Origin: Candidatus Nanoarchaeia archaeon
Lineage (GTDB): Archaea; Nanobdellota; Nanobdellia; Woesearchaeales; JANQNE01
DNA length: 64,000 bases
NCBI GenBank assembly: GCA_028279725.1
Contig: JANQNE010000011.1
Span: 25,872 to 89,871, forward strand
Direction: 5' to 3'
Shown here one piece after another: positions 1 to 9,194 of this stretch. Both the position numbers and the translations under genes were made by a program. Below the pieces are notes generated by a model that was not told the DNA's origin, made no database searches, and saw only the letters and a list, made by a program, of their open reading frames with translations. The stretch's first letter is position 1, and each line of letters begins with the position of its first letter.

Positions 1-252
1 TGTAAAGGAACAGATATCCCAGAAAATTAAGGAATGCCCCGAGTAATAATACGATAACAAAGACCTTTGTAAGAGCAATATCTTGGGGATAGAAAAAAGA
101 CCAAATAACCAAAGGAATCACTCCGATAATATAACTGTAAATAAAAGCTCTAAAAGCTCCAATCTTTTCAACAAGATTTTTTGCAAGAAAATCAGAAATT
201 CCCCAGGAAAACATGGTCAAGATCCCAAAGATAATACCTGTTGAAAGTACCA
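1..252 (-). CDS. Partial CDS: hydrophobic multi-pass membrane protein. Start codon ~250-252; the 3' end runs off the window edge.
   Basis: Reverse-complement ORF from ATG (cat at 250-252) reads MVLSTGIIFGILTMFSWGISDFLAKNLVEKIGAFRAFIYSYIIGVIPLVIWSFFYP..., strongly hydrophobic. Not in the ORF track because it is truncated by the window edge. Confidence 0.35.
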
Positions 253-418
253 TTATTGTTTATATTTGGATTCTATTTATATATTTAACTGAATTTTATA
301 AATCAGAAATAAGTAATTATAAAGAACCCCTTTTTAATTAAATTTGATACTGTTTCATTAAATTTGTTGTCAATACTTAAGGACAAATCTTTTAAGTAAC
401 TTACTGATCCCAAAGGAT

Positions 419-733
419 ATGCCGGAATTAGAAAAAATAGCAAAAAAAGGATGTCCCAGGAAAGGGGATTGTAATTATTTAGATACTTTATCAGAACTAC
501 TCAGCAAAGCAGACCATGAAGCTAAGTATTGCAACAATGGACATCATCCAGAATGCGAAGGGAATCTGAAGAAGACTGAAAATCAAACTCTGAATTTGGC
601 TCCTTTACCTGAAGAACAAAGTCCTTTTCCCTACGAGAGAAGAAGGGAAGGATTAAGGAATTATATCTGGAGAGGCGTTCGTAATGCAGTGGATGAGTTT
701 CAAAGGTATGGAGCTTTTTTCTTTAGTAGATAG
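419..733 (+). CDS. Small hypothetical protein with Cys/His pairs (possible Zn-ribbon-like)
   Basis: 104-aa ORF with CPRKGDC and CNNGHHPEC motifs. No recognizable family. Confidence 0.3.
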   Translation: MPELEKIAKKGCPRKGDCNYLDTLSELLSKADHEAKYCNNGHHPECEGNLKKTENQTLNLAPLPEEQSPFPYERRREGLRNYIWRGVRNAVDEFQRYGAFFFSR

Positions 734-765
734 ATTTATATATAAATTTCTTCTATAGCCGTAAT

Positions 766-1881
766 ATGAAGAGGGTTACGCTTGATAAGAGGCTATTCAG
801 GGCAGTTATCATAATAGTTGTTATAGCTGGAATAATGCCTTTCTTTTTTAGAAGCTGGGATAACCTGTTTATCCTTGAAAATCTTACAAATGAGTCTGGA
901 TTAAAGAATATTTCTGCTGGGAACAATACGTGTGAGTTTGAATGCTGTGAAAGCGGTCCTGTTATAAAATATTGTAAGGGAAACATGAAGTGTGAAGGAA
1001 ATAAATGTGTAAAGAAGAAATGTCCTTTTGAATGCTGTCCTGGAACAGATTTTATCAGAAAAGACTGCAATAAAGGATTTGCATGCGTAAACAATGTATG
1101 CAGATATGCGAAAGAGCTTTGCGGCAATGGAGAATGTGATGAAGATCATCTTGAATGTGAGTATTGTAAAGATGAATGCATGTTTGACCATCCAGATGGG
1201 ACTTCTGCTGCATTGAACTATTATTGGAACGAGACAGGAACATGCAGGCCGTATATAAATCCTGAAAATGTAGAATGGTTTATAGACCCTGATGATAAAC
1301 TAGTTGAAGTTACTGTTGACAGCAATATATTGTCACTGCCAGGGCATATGTGGAGCTATTTTGAGCTTGCACAGCAATGGGTTATAGAGAATATCGAAGA
1401 TAATGAATCTGATGTTCCTTATCCTACTCCTACAGAAACATTGGTGAAAAGGAAAGGAGGAGATAGGGAAAGAGCATTTTTGATGACATCTATGTTTTTG
1501 GATATAGTGCAGAAGGCCGGATTATTCCAGTATGAGAACTCAACAAATACAACTTATGAGATAAAAGCGATTTCTTTTCCAACTGAGGATGGAGAGCATT
1601 ATTTTGTTGTTGTCCAGTTTGACGGATTCCAGAGCATATATGATACAAATGAAGTATTTACAAAGATGGCTTATACAAATCAAGAGGTTGTCGAAGTGTG
1701 GGATGAGCTATTTATGAAGTATGGTGTTATCTCTCCAAAAGCTGAGAAACAGATGAGCCATGATTATCTTGTCTATCAGAAGAGCTATGGCGGAAAGTAT
1801 ATGCTTCCTTTTATCTACATAGGAAATCCTGTAGATATCGAGCTTACACAGCAAAGAAATTCAACTGCTGAAGAAATTTAG
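766..1881 (+). CDS. Membrane-anchored or secreted cysteine-rich protein
   Basis: N-terminal hydrophobic helix (AVIIIVVIAGIMPFFF). Two repeated Cys-rich modules (ECCxxG...C...C.NN.C) with ~20 Cys in ~110 aa. Multiple N-x-S/T sequons. Confidence 0.5.
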   Translation: MKRVTLDKRLFRAVIIIVVIAGIMPFFFRSWDNLFILENLTNESGLKNISAGNNTCEFECCESGPVIKYCKGNMKCEGNKCVKKKCPFECCPGTDFIRKDCNKGFACVNNVCRYAKELCGNGECDEDHLECEYCKDECMFDHPDGTSAALNYYWNETGTCRPYINPENVEWFIDPDDKLVEVTVDSNILSLPGHMWSYFELAQQWVIENIEDNESDVPYPTPTETLVKRKGGDRERAFLMTSMFLDIVQKAGLFQYENSTNTTYEIKAISFPTEDGEHYFVVVQFDGFQSIYDTNEVFTKMAYTNQEVVEVWDELFMKYGVISPKAEKQMSHDYLVYQKSYGGKYMLPFIYIGNPVDIELTQQRNSTAEEI

Positions 1882-2432
1882 AAAATATAGTCTTTTTTTC
1901 TCTTTTTGTCCCCTTTAATCGATACATGGACATTAAGGCTTCTTTGTAGTGCGTCTTTAATGATCTTTTTTGACTCTCTGAACAGTTCTGCCCTGTGGGA
2001 TTTGCTTATATCTGAGAATTTCCTGCTTAGCTTGTCTTGCAGAGCTGCAAAATCTTTTTCAAATTCCTTTTTTACTAATTTTTGCTTTTCTGCAAAGTAT
2101 TTCTTGACTTCATCCATGATCTCTTTCTTTATCTTGGATAGGTTGGCTGTCTTTTTTATGACTTCAGCCTCTTTTTTCATTGCTCTTAGCATTATTGCAA
2201 GCTCTTTCTTTGTCTCTGAGAAATTTGTGTAGTGCTTTTCAACATCCTGGCTAACTTTTTCTGCTTTATCAAATACCTTATCAACCGTCTCTTTTGTCTT
2301 CCTTAATTTGGATTGTATGTATCCTTCCTCAGTCATTTTATGGTGTTTTAAGGCAGGATGGTATTTAAATGTTGGTTTTTGACAGCAATCTTTATAAATA
2401 GCCAGTTTTTCTGCTCTAGCTATGAAATTCAC
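1878..2432 (-). CDS. Lys/Glu-rich coiled-coil hypothetical protein
   Basis: 184-aa ORF with highly charged low-complexity heptad-like sequence. Overlaps the dapF-like start by 11 nt on the opposite strand, so the true start may be an internal Met. Confidence 0.35.
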   Translation of the reverse strand: MNFIARAEKLAIYKDCCQKPTFKYHPALKHHKMTEEGYIQSKLRKTKETVDKVFDKAEKVSQDVEKHYTNFSETKKELAIMLRAMKKEAEVIKKTANLSKIKKEIMDEVKKYFAEKQKLVKKEFEKDFAALQDKLSRKFSDISKSHRAELFRESKKIIKDALQRSLNVHVSIKGDKKRKKDYIF

Positions 2433-3240
2433 GAAGATGAATGCTCTGGGAAACGATATTATAGTGATAAATGGGATAGAAGAGAAGATTGAGAAGGATT
2501 ATTCTGAGCTAGCTATAGACCTCTGCAGAAGAAAATATGGGATAGGTGGAGATGGGATAGTGATAATAGAGAAAAGCGATAAGGCTGATGTCAAGATGAG
2601 AGTGTTTAATCCTGATGGTTCTGAAGGAGGGATAAGCATCAATGGAGCCAGGTGTGCTGCAAAATATGCTTTTGATCATGGGATGGCCAATAAGAAAGGC
2701 ATGACTATAGAGGCACAGAAAAGAGTTATGAATGCAGCACTGGAAGATGAGATGGTAGTTGATGTTGGAGAGCCTATATTAGATAGGAAAGAGATACCTA
2801 TGCTTGGAGAAGGAGAGAAAGTTGTTAATGAGCAGCTAGTTTTAAGTGACAGGATAGTAAGGATCACTGCATTATCCCTGGATAACCCTCATTGCGTTAT
2901 ATTTGTAGATGATCTGGCTGAATATGCTTTTGAAGAAGAGGGAAAGATCATAGAGAATCATGAGAGTTTTCCAAAGAGGACAAATGTTGAATTTGTTCAA
3001 GTGAATAATGAAGATGAGATCACTATACGAGTCTGGGAAAGAGGAGTTGGAACAACATTGAGCTGCGGAACCGGAGCTTGTGCATCAGTTGTTGCTGGTG
3101 TTTTGAATGAAAAGACAAATAGGAATGTTACAGTCCACATGGCTGGTGGGAATGTTAAGGTTGAATGGGATGAAAAGACAAACCATATAAAGATCACTGG
3201 CTCAGTTGAATATAATTTTGAAGGAGAAGTGAAAAGATAA
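2422..3240 (+). CDS. dapF: Diaminopimelate epimerase family protein (DapF-like). The first catalytic Cys is replaced by Ser.
   Basis: FTKMNALGNDIIVI aligns with DapF FSKMHGLGNDF. FNPDGSEGGISINGARC aligns with FNADGSEVAQCGNGARC. NPHCVIFVDD and SCGTGACASVVAG match the second catalytic Cys motif. Confidence 0.75.
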   Translation: MKFTKMNALGNDIIVINGIEEKIEKDYSELAIDLCRRKYGIGGDGIVIIEKSDKADVKMRVFNPDGSEGGISINGARCAAKYAFDHGMANKKGMTIEAQKRVMNAALEDEMVVDVGEPILDRKEIPMLGEGEKVVNEQLVLSDRIVRITALSLDNPHCVIFVDDLAEYAFEEEGKIIENHESFPKRTNVEFVQVNNEDEITIRVWERGVGTTLSCGTGACASVVAGVLNEKTNRNVTVHMAGGNVKVEWDEKTNHIKITGSVEYNFEGEVKR

Positions 3241-4889
3241 TGGCAGAAGAAAATATCCATTGGGCAGACCAGATCGCTAAGGAAGTTAAGGAAAGGGTTG
3301 AGAAAGATCCTGTTCTTAAGAAGATTGTTGAAGAGAAGGGATTTATCGTATATGATGAGAAGACGCCATCTGGCACGATACATATAGGGTCTGGAAGAGG
3401 ATGGATAATACATGATGTTATCGCTAAGGCTATGAGAGATTTGGGGTTGAAAGCTAAGTTTATATTGAGTTCAGATGATATTGATCCTTATGACAAGCCG
3501 AACAAAGAACTGCCTAAGAGTTATGATAAATATCTAGGGATGCCTTTTAGGAATATTCCTTCACCTTTTGAAGGATATAAGAGCTTTGCAGACTATTATT
3601 TTATGCAGGTTGTTGAGAAGTTTGAAGAGATAGGCATAGAATGTGAGATACAGAGCACTGGTGAGCAGTATGAAAAGGGAACTTTTAATGCAGCGATAAA
3701 GAAAGTTTTGGATAATTCTGATACAATAAAGGAGATTTTTGAGGAAACTTATAGTAAAGAGTATAATAAGATCCCTTTTAATGTGATATGTGAGAAATGC
3801 GGAAAGATAGCAACTACAAAAGCGACAAAATGGGATAAAGAGAATGAGCTTTTGACATATAAGTGTGAGAAGAATCTTGTTGACTGGGCTGAAGGATGCG
3901 GTCATGAAGGACAGATAAGCCCTTATGATGGAAACGGGAAGCTTCCCTGGAAAGTTGAGTGGGCTGCTAAATGGCCTTCAGTCGGTGTTGTATGTGAGTT
4001 TGCCGGCAAAGATCATTTTACTGCTGGAGGTTCAAGAACTATTTCTATAGCAATAGCTGATCAGGTGTTAGATTTTCCACCACCTTATCCATCTACAAGA
4101 GAGGAGACAGGAAAAGGTTATGAGTTCTTTAATGTTGGCGGAAAGAAGATGAGCACTTCTAAAGGAAAGGGTTTTGGATTTGCTGAGATGTTCAATTATA
4201 TTCCTGCGCAGATTATTAGATATTTGTTGGTTAAGACTAGGCCGCATGCTGTGCTTGATTTTGATCCTGAAGGAAGAAATGATATGATACTTCTTTATGA
4301 AAGGTTTGATAGGGCAGAGAGGATGTATTTTGGAGAAGAGACTGATGATAACAAGAATGAAGTTGCAAACCAGAAGAGAATATATGAGTTAGCGCATGTT
4401 GGGGATATTCCTGACAGGATGCCTAAGCAGATACCATTTACTTTAGCTGCAACAGTTATACAAGTTGGATTAAGTGAGGAGAAAGCCATAGAGATATTGA
4501 AGAAAACAGGACATGTTGATGAAAATATTGAAGGGATGGATCTTCATTATGTACTGCAGAGATTAAGGGATGCAAAGAGATGGATAGAAAGGTTTGCTCC
4601 AGAGCAATATAAGTTTCAGGTGCAGGATAAATTAGCTGAAGGTATTGAGATTGATGATAAAGAGAAAGAAGTTCTTAAGAAGGTTATTGCTGAGCTTGAT
4701 AATGAGCTGGGTGAGGAAGAATTGCATAATAAATTCTGGGAATTATGCCAGGAAAATGATGTTAAACCAAAGGATTTTTTTAAAGCAGCGTATCAAGTGC
4801 TTATCAATAAAGATAGGGGACCAAAGTTAGCAGGTTTTATGCTTTCTATTGACAAAGATAAGGTTAAGAAACTTATTGAGAGTTTGTAA
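3240..4889 (+). CDS. lysK: Class I lysyl-tRNA synthetase (archaeal-type LysK)
   Basis: HIGH-like motif TIHIGSGRGWIIHDV resembles class I LysRS HVGNFRE. KMSKS-like KMSTSKGKG is present. Length 549 aa. Confidence 0.8.
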   Translation: MAEENIHWADQIAKEVKERVEKDPVLKKIVEEKGFIVYDEKTPSGTIHIGSGRGWIIHDVIAKAMRDLGLKAKFILSSDDIDPYDKPNKELPKSYDKYLGMPFRNIPSPFEGYKSFADYYFMQVVEKFEEIGIECEIQSTGEQYEKGTFNAAIKKVLDNSDTIKEIFEETYSKEYNKIPFNVICEKCGKIATTKATKWDKENELLTYKCEKNLVDWAEGCGHEGQISPYDGNGKLPWKVEWAAKWPSVGVVCEFAGKDHFTAGGSRTISIAIADQVLDFPPPYPSTREETGKGYEFFNVGGKKMSTSKGKGFGFAEMFNYIPAQIIRYLLVKTRPHAVLDFDPEGRNDMILLYERFDRAERMYFGEETDDNKNEVANQKRIYELAHVGDIPDRMPKQIPFTLAATVIQVGLSEEKAIEILKKTGHVDENIEGMDLHYVLQRLRDAKRWIERFAPEQYKFQVQDKLAEGIEIDDKEKEVLKKVIAELDNELGEEELHNKFWELCQENDVKPKDFFKAAYQVLINKDRGPKLAGFMLSIDKDKVKKLIESL

Positions 4890-5294
4890 ATGACTTCTGA
4901 ATTTAGTGCTTTAGGAAAGAAGGTTGATTATAAGTATGATAAGCCAGATGCTTCTTTATTGGAAAGTTTTGATAATAAGCATCCTGAGAATAATTATGTG
5001 GTTAAGTTAGAATGCAATGAATTTACAGCAATATGTCCTGTAACTGGACAGCCTGATTTTGCTAAGATCGATATTGAATATATTCCTGATTCTAAGTTAG
5101 TTGAGAGTAAGTCACTAAAATTGTATCTTTTTTCTTTCAGAAATCATGGAGAGTTCCATGAAGACTGTGTGAACAGGATCGCTAATGATATTTGGAGTTT
5201 ATTAGAGCCAAAATGGATAAAAGTTACAGGAAATTTCAATTCTAGAGGAGGAATCGCTATAGTTCCTGTTGTAGAAAAAGGAAAAAAAGATTAA
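4890..5294 (+). CDS. queF: NADPH-dependent 7-cyano-7-deazaguanine (preQ0) reductase, unimodular QueF
   Basis: Catalytic Cys in CPVTGQPD. QueF motif [12 protein letters not shown] matches E(S/L)K(S/A)hK(L/Y)(Y/F/W). 134 aa. Confidence 0.8.
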   Translation: MTSEFSALGKKVDYKYDKPDASLLESFDNKHPENNYVVKLECNEFTAICPVTGQPDFAKIDIEYIPDSKLVESKSLKLYLFSFRNHGEFHEDCVNRIANDIWSLLEPKWIKVTGNFNSRGGIAIVPVVEKGKKD

Positions 5295-5647
5295 GGCCTG
5301 TCAAATCCGAAAGAATAATATTCTCCATCTTTGGTCCTTAATTTAACTCCACCTGAATTTATCTTATATCCTTCAAGATGTTTTTCAAGAGTTCCCTGGA
5401 TCACTATCTCTTTTCCTTTTGATTCTGATTCTTTCATATAACTCAGAGCAGATGTATCTCCAAACCAAAAATCTCTCTGGACTCTTATAGGTATCTGGTT
5501 TCCATTGTCATGTAAAACAGCATTATACCAGAAGAACTTATGCGGTGTTATGTCTTTAACAACTCCTGGAACTTCAACCCTGATATCTTTCCTTATCAGG
5601 TGATCTCCTAATTCATCTATTCTGCACTCATGATACTGTTTTTTCAT
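5291..5647 (-). CDS. Hypothetical protein
   Basis: 118-aa ORF downstream of serA on the same strand, overlapping the queF stop by 4 nt. No motif recognized. Confidence 0.35.
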   Translation of the reverse strand: MKKQYHECRIDELGDHLIRKDIRVEVPGVVKDITPHKFFWYNAVLHDNGNQIPIRVQRDFWFGDTSALSYMKESESKGKEIVIQGTLEKHLEGYKINSGGVKLRTKDGEYYSFGFDRP

Positions 5648-5659
5648 TTGTATTCCCCC

Positions 5660-7354
5660 TTATCTGAAGCTTACATGTTTCTGTAAATATACCTGAATAC
5701 CTTTATGGTTTAGATCTTGTTTCATCTCTTTCATCGCTTCTTCCGACAGTGGTTTGTCTGTTGAGAATGTTGCAAGAGATATTGATTTATCTTGTCTTTC
5801 TGTAATGTTCATGAACCCTATATTTACACCATATTTTTCTATTATTTTACCAACTGTAGCAACCATTCCTGGTTTGTTATCATATTCTATCAAGAATTTG
5901 TCTCCTTCGGGGATAATGTTGACCCTACTATACCCATCTATCCTCTGTATTAATGAACCTTCGTCCCCAATTGTTCCTCTGACGCTGTGTTTTTTTCTTT
6001 GACCGCCTTCTTCTTCAGTTATTATGTCAACAGTTATTGCGTTGTAATCTTTTGATTCGTATGGTTTTCTTCCTTTTACATCAATTCCTTGTTCGTCAGC
6101 AATTTCCATTGCGTTGACAGTGCTTGTCTGAGGTACTCTTGTCCTTAGGACTCCTTTTGTTATAAAGTTTCCAAATAATTCTGTGTGTTTGTTAAGTTCA
6201 TTATAGCATGTATATTCAATCGCTACAACATGCTTGTTTCCTTCTTCAACCTGCGCTATATTTGCACACAAGTAACCGATCCTATCTGCAAGATCTAAAT
6301 ATCTCGCATCTATATCATCGGGAATCCTTGCAAAGTTAACAGCGTTTTTTAATCTTCCATTTACTAATAGTTCTGCGATATTAGATGCTGTCTCTTTTGC
6401 AACTCTTTCAGAAGCTCCAGGTGTTGATGCTCCTAGATGCGGAGATAATTTTAATCTATTTAAATATTTTTTCTGTAAAAATTTATATTTTCCTTCTTCA
6501 TAGTTCTCTTCAAACTTTTTCTCCCCTTTGAATACATCTAAACAAACCCTGCTTTTTGATTTATTATCTAAGAGATACCCTATAGCTCCTTCTTCAATTA
6601 TGTCTCCTCTTGAAGTATTTATCAATGTAAGATTATCTTTTGCTCTGGAAAGCACTTCTTTGTTTATGCTGTCTTTAGTCTTGTCTGTCAAAGGAGCGTG
6701 TATAGTCATATAATCTGATTTTTCTACTAATTCATTCAAAGAAACTAGCTTGACACCCATCTTTTCTGCCATCTCTTTGCTTGCAAATGGATCATATGCA
6801 AGTATTTCCATGCCAAATGCTTTTGCTCTTGTTGCAACACCTTTTCCGATATTGCCTAAACCATATATTCCCATTGTTTTTCCATAGACTTCCGTTGGCT
6901 TTGGCTTTTCCCCAATATCTTTGTCAGTCTTTTTAGCCCAAATTCCTAATTTTGATGTATTATCATAGAAATCTAGTTCAGCAGCTGAATTTAATGTGAA
7001 AGCCATAACTCTTTCAGCAACTGATATTATATTTGCTTCTGGTGTATTACATACTGCAACCCCATGTTTCTTTGCAGCTTCTAAATCTATATTATCAACA
7101 CCAACACCACCTCTGACTATAATTTCAAGATTTTTAGATGGAGCAGCTGCTTCTATTATATCAGCAGTCACTTTTGGATTAGAACGAACTGCAAGAGCGT
7201 TAGCTCCTTTTAATTTTGATATAAGATCTTCTTTGTCGATCTTTGGGTCAACTCTTTCTACAGAGTCTCTAGAAATTCCAAGAGCTTCAAGCTCCGATTC
7301 AAATGATTTGTTGAAATCGCTTGAGATGACAACTTTATAGTTTGTTTCCATCAA
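5660..7354 (-). CDS. serA: D-3-phosphoglycerate dehydrogenase, long form with a C-terminal ACT domain
   Basis: Rossmann motif GIYGLGNIGKGVA. 2-hydroxyacid dehydrogenase catalytic region. 564 aa with a C-terminal ACT-like regulatory domain. Confidence 0.85.
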   Translation of the reverse strand: MMETNYKVVISSDFNKSFESELEALGISRDSVERVDPKIDKEDLISKLKGANALAVRSNPKVTADIIEAAAPSKNLEIIVRGGVGVDNIDLEAAKKHGVAVCNTPEANIISVAERVMAFTLNSAAELDFYDNTSKLGIWAKKTDKDIGEKPKPTEVYGKTMGIYGLGNIGKGVATRAKAFGMEILAYDPFASKEMAEKMGVKLVSLNELVEKSDYMTIHAPLTDKTKDSINKEVLSRAKDNLTLINTSRGDIIEEGAIGYLLDNKSKSRVCLDVFKGEKKFEENYEEGKYKFLQKKYLNRLKLSPHLGASTPGASERVAKETASNIAELLVNGRLKNAVNFARIPDDIDARYLDLADRIGYLCANIAQVEEGNKHVVAIEYTCYNELNKHTELFGNFITKGVLRTRVPQTSTVNAMEIADEQGIDVKGRKPYESKDYNAITVDIITEEEGGQRKKHSVRGTIGDEGSLIQRIDGYSRVNIIPEGDKFLIEYDNKPGMVATVGKIIEKYGVNIGFMNITERQDKSISLATFSTDKPLSEEAMKEMKQDLNHKGIQVYLQKHVSFR

Positions 7355-7446
7355 AATCCCCCTTTATTCTCTGAGAAAGCCCAGAGGTGTGTCTTATCAC
7401 CTCTTTGTCTGGATATTTGATGAGGTATTATATAAACCTTACCAAT

Positions 7447-7722
7447 TTACTTAGAAAGCTTTGCTTTTATGCTGTCTCTTTCTGCTTCAATCTTTTTTAG
7501 TTCTGCTTTTTTCCCTTCCAGGTATTTTATCATCTCTTCTCTTCCTTCTCTTAGCTCCTGTATCTTTAATTGAGCCTGTTCAGCAGCATCTCTTGCATCA
7601 ATAAGGAGTTCAAGCTCACTTTTTGGAGCTTTTGTAGTATCAGCTTTTATCTGAGTGGAGTCTCCACCGTAAGTCATGGAGTAAATAAAATAAGGTATGA
7701 TCAATAGATATTTTCCGTACAT
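7447..7722 (-). CDS. Small secreted or membrane coiled-coil protein
   Basis: N-terminal hydrophobic segment followed by a charged coiled coil. Last ORF of the minus-strand cassette. Confidence 0.35.
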   Translation of the reverse strand: MYGKYLLIIPYFIYSMTYGGDSTQIKADTTKAPKSELELLIDARDAAEQAQLKIQELREGREEMIKYLEGKKAELKKIEAERDSIKAKLSK

Positions 7723-7747
7723 GAAAGGTAGAAAGCAAGTAAAATAT

Positions 7748-8314
7748 TTAAATCTTTTTGAGGCTTTTTAAAACCTCGGAAGGAGATTTTTCCTCGAATT
7801 CTTTTGAATATTCTTTATATTCATCTGTCTCTTTTAGGAATTGGTTTATGAGATGGAGTGCCTGTGCACTTGTATAGTTAAGACAGTTTAGGATGTGTTT
7901 CATGCAGTTCTTTTCTGTGAATTTGCAGTATTTATCTTCTGGCTCTATGAAGATCTTCAGTTCTCCGTCAATCCTTCTGAAACCAATAGGAAAGATCTTG
8001 CATATCAGTGGTCTGACTGGATAGACAATGCATTTTTTGTCTTCTAAGAAGATGCATTCTTTGTTTTCTTTGCTTTTTAGCTGGAGGACTTTTCCATTGT
8101 CACAGTATTCAAAATAAGAATGGTCGCGGTCTTCCATAACTTCTTTCTGCTCTTCTGGATCCTGGCATATCGGGCCATAGAAACAGAATTCTTCTATCTT
8201 TTTTCCAGTATGCTTTGATATCCTGTCTGCATCTCTTAGTGTAAGAAATGTCCCGTAATCTCCAATACAGCAATGTTCTTTGCATGTCTCACAAGGATGC
8301 TTATTCTGGCTCAA
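7748..8314 (-). CDS. YkgJ/UPF0153 family putative Fe-S or zinc-chelating protein (CxxCxxCC)
   Basis: N-terminal CETCKEHCC (CxxCxxxCC) signature of the YkgJ/FliB family. Overlaps the upstream GNAT-fold gene by 14 nt. Confidence 0.55.
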   Translation of the reverse strand: MSQNKHPCETCKEHCCIGDYGTFLTLRDADRISKHTGKKIEEFCFYGPICQDPEEQKEVMEDRDHSYFEYCDNGKVLQLKSKENKECIFLEDKKCIVYPVRPLICKIFPIGFRRIDGELKIFIEPEDKYCKFTEKNCMKHILNCLNYTSAQALHLINQFLKETDEYKEYSKEFEEKSPSEVLKSLKKI

Positions 8315-9194
8315 AGTTGATCCACTCCCATTGTTTTGTCTCTTCTAAATTCCAAAGTTTCTTCCAGCCTGAATCACCCGACATAAAATCAATCTTTTTT
8401 GCTTTTAATTTTATTGCATTCTTTATATGTTCTGCTATAAGAAGCTTTCCTAAGTTCTTGATATCTGTGTTTGTTCCTCCGTCAAGGACATAGTAGACGT
8501 TATTGTAGAATATGGCTATTTCAGCAGCTTCTGTCTTGTTGCTGATCTTTATCGATAACATGTGAAGCATATCTTTTTCTTTTGCTGTTTCAACAAGTTT
8601 TTTCATGCTTTCTTCAAATCCATCCTGAAGATAGTTTGAATCTTCCCTAAATCTTTGTTTGTTAAGCTCTACAAGTGTCTTAAAGTCGTCTATGTTGTTC
8701 CATACTGTGCTGTAGTTCAGCTCTTCAAGATGCCTTAGGTCATATTTTATGTTTTTTCTGTGTTTTTTGCTGAAAGATGCAAAATAAGAGTCTATATCTG
8801 GAAAGTCCTCTATATTTAGTGAGAAGGATACATCGCATTCTTTTGGATCAGGAAAATATTCTTTCTCAGAATCATCTATGTATTCTATATTCATGTCTTC
8901 TGGGAATGAGTTAAGGAAATCTTTGATATGTTCTTTGTTTTTTATGAAGAATCTCCTTCTTTCAGGATAGTTTCCACCAAAGAATGCATGGAAATCATTA
9001 TCTCCTTCGTACTGTAATGGGAGCAGACCTATCTCTTTTCCTTCCTGGTAACCTACTACGAAAAAGAACTGATTAATCTTTGGATTGAAGAAGCAATGGT
9101 TGAACTCCCAAAGATCCCATAGTATCTCTTTTGGGCTGTATTTATCCCAAAGCTTCTTACAGTCTTCAAGTTTTGTGAAGGATTTAAATTCCAT
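8301..9194 (-). CDS. GNAT-fold FemAB/MprF-C (DUF2156)-like protein, paralog 1. Putative aminoacyl-transferase; function unverified.
   Basis: ~300 aa. C-terminal F.SGDSGWKKLWNL aligns with FGGSxxxLLxFKxKF of the two upstream paralogs. Tight overlap with its neighbours. Confidence 0.45.
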   Translation of the reverse strand: MEFKSFTKLEDCKKLWDKYSPKEILWDLWEFNHCFFNPKINQFFFVVGYQEGKEIGLLPLQYEGDNDFHAFFGGNYPERRRFFIKNKEHIKDFLNSFPEDMNIEYIDDSEKEYFPDPKECDVSFSLNIEDFPDIDSYFASFSKKHRKNIKYDLRHLEELNYSTVWNNIDDFKTLVELNKQRFREDSNYLQDGFEESMKKLVETAKEKDMLHMLSIKISNKTEAAEIAIFYNNVYYVLDGGTNTDIKNLGKLLIAEHIKNAIKLKAKKIDFMSGDSGWKKLWNLEETKQWEWINFEPE

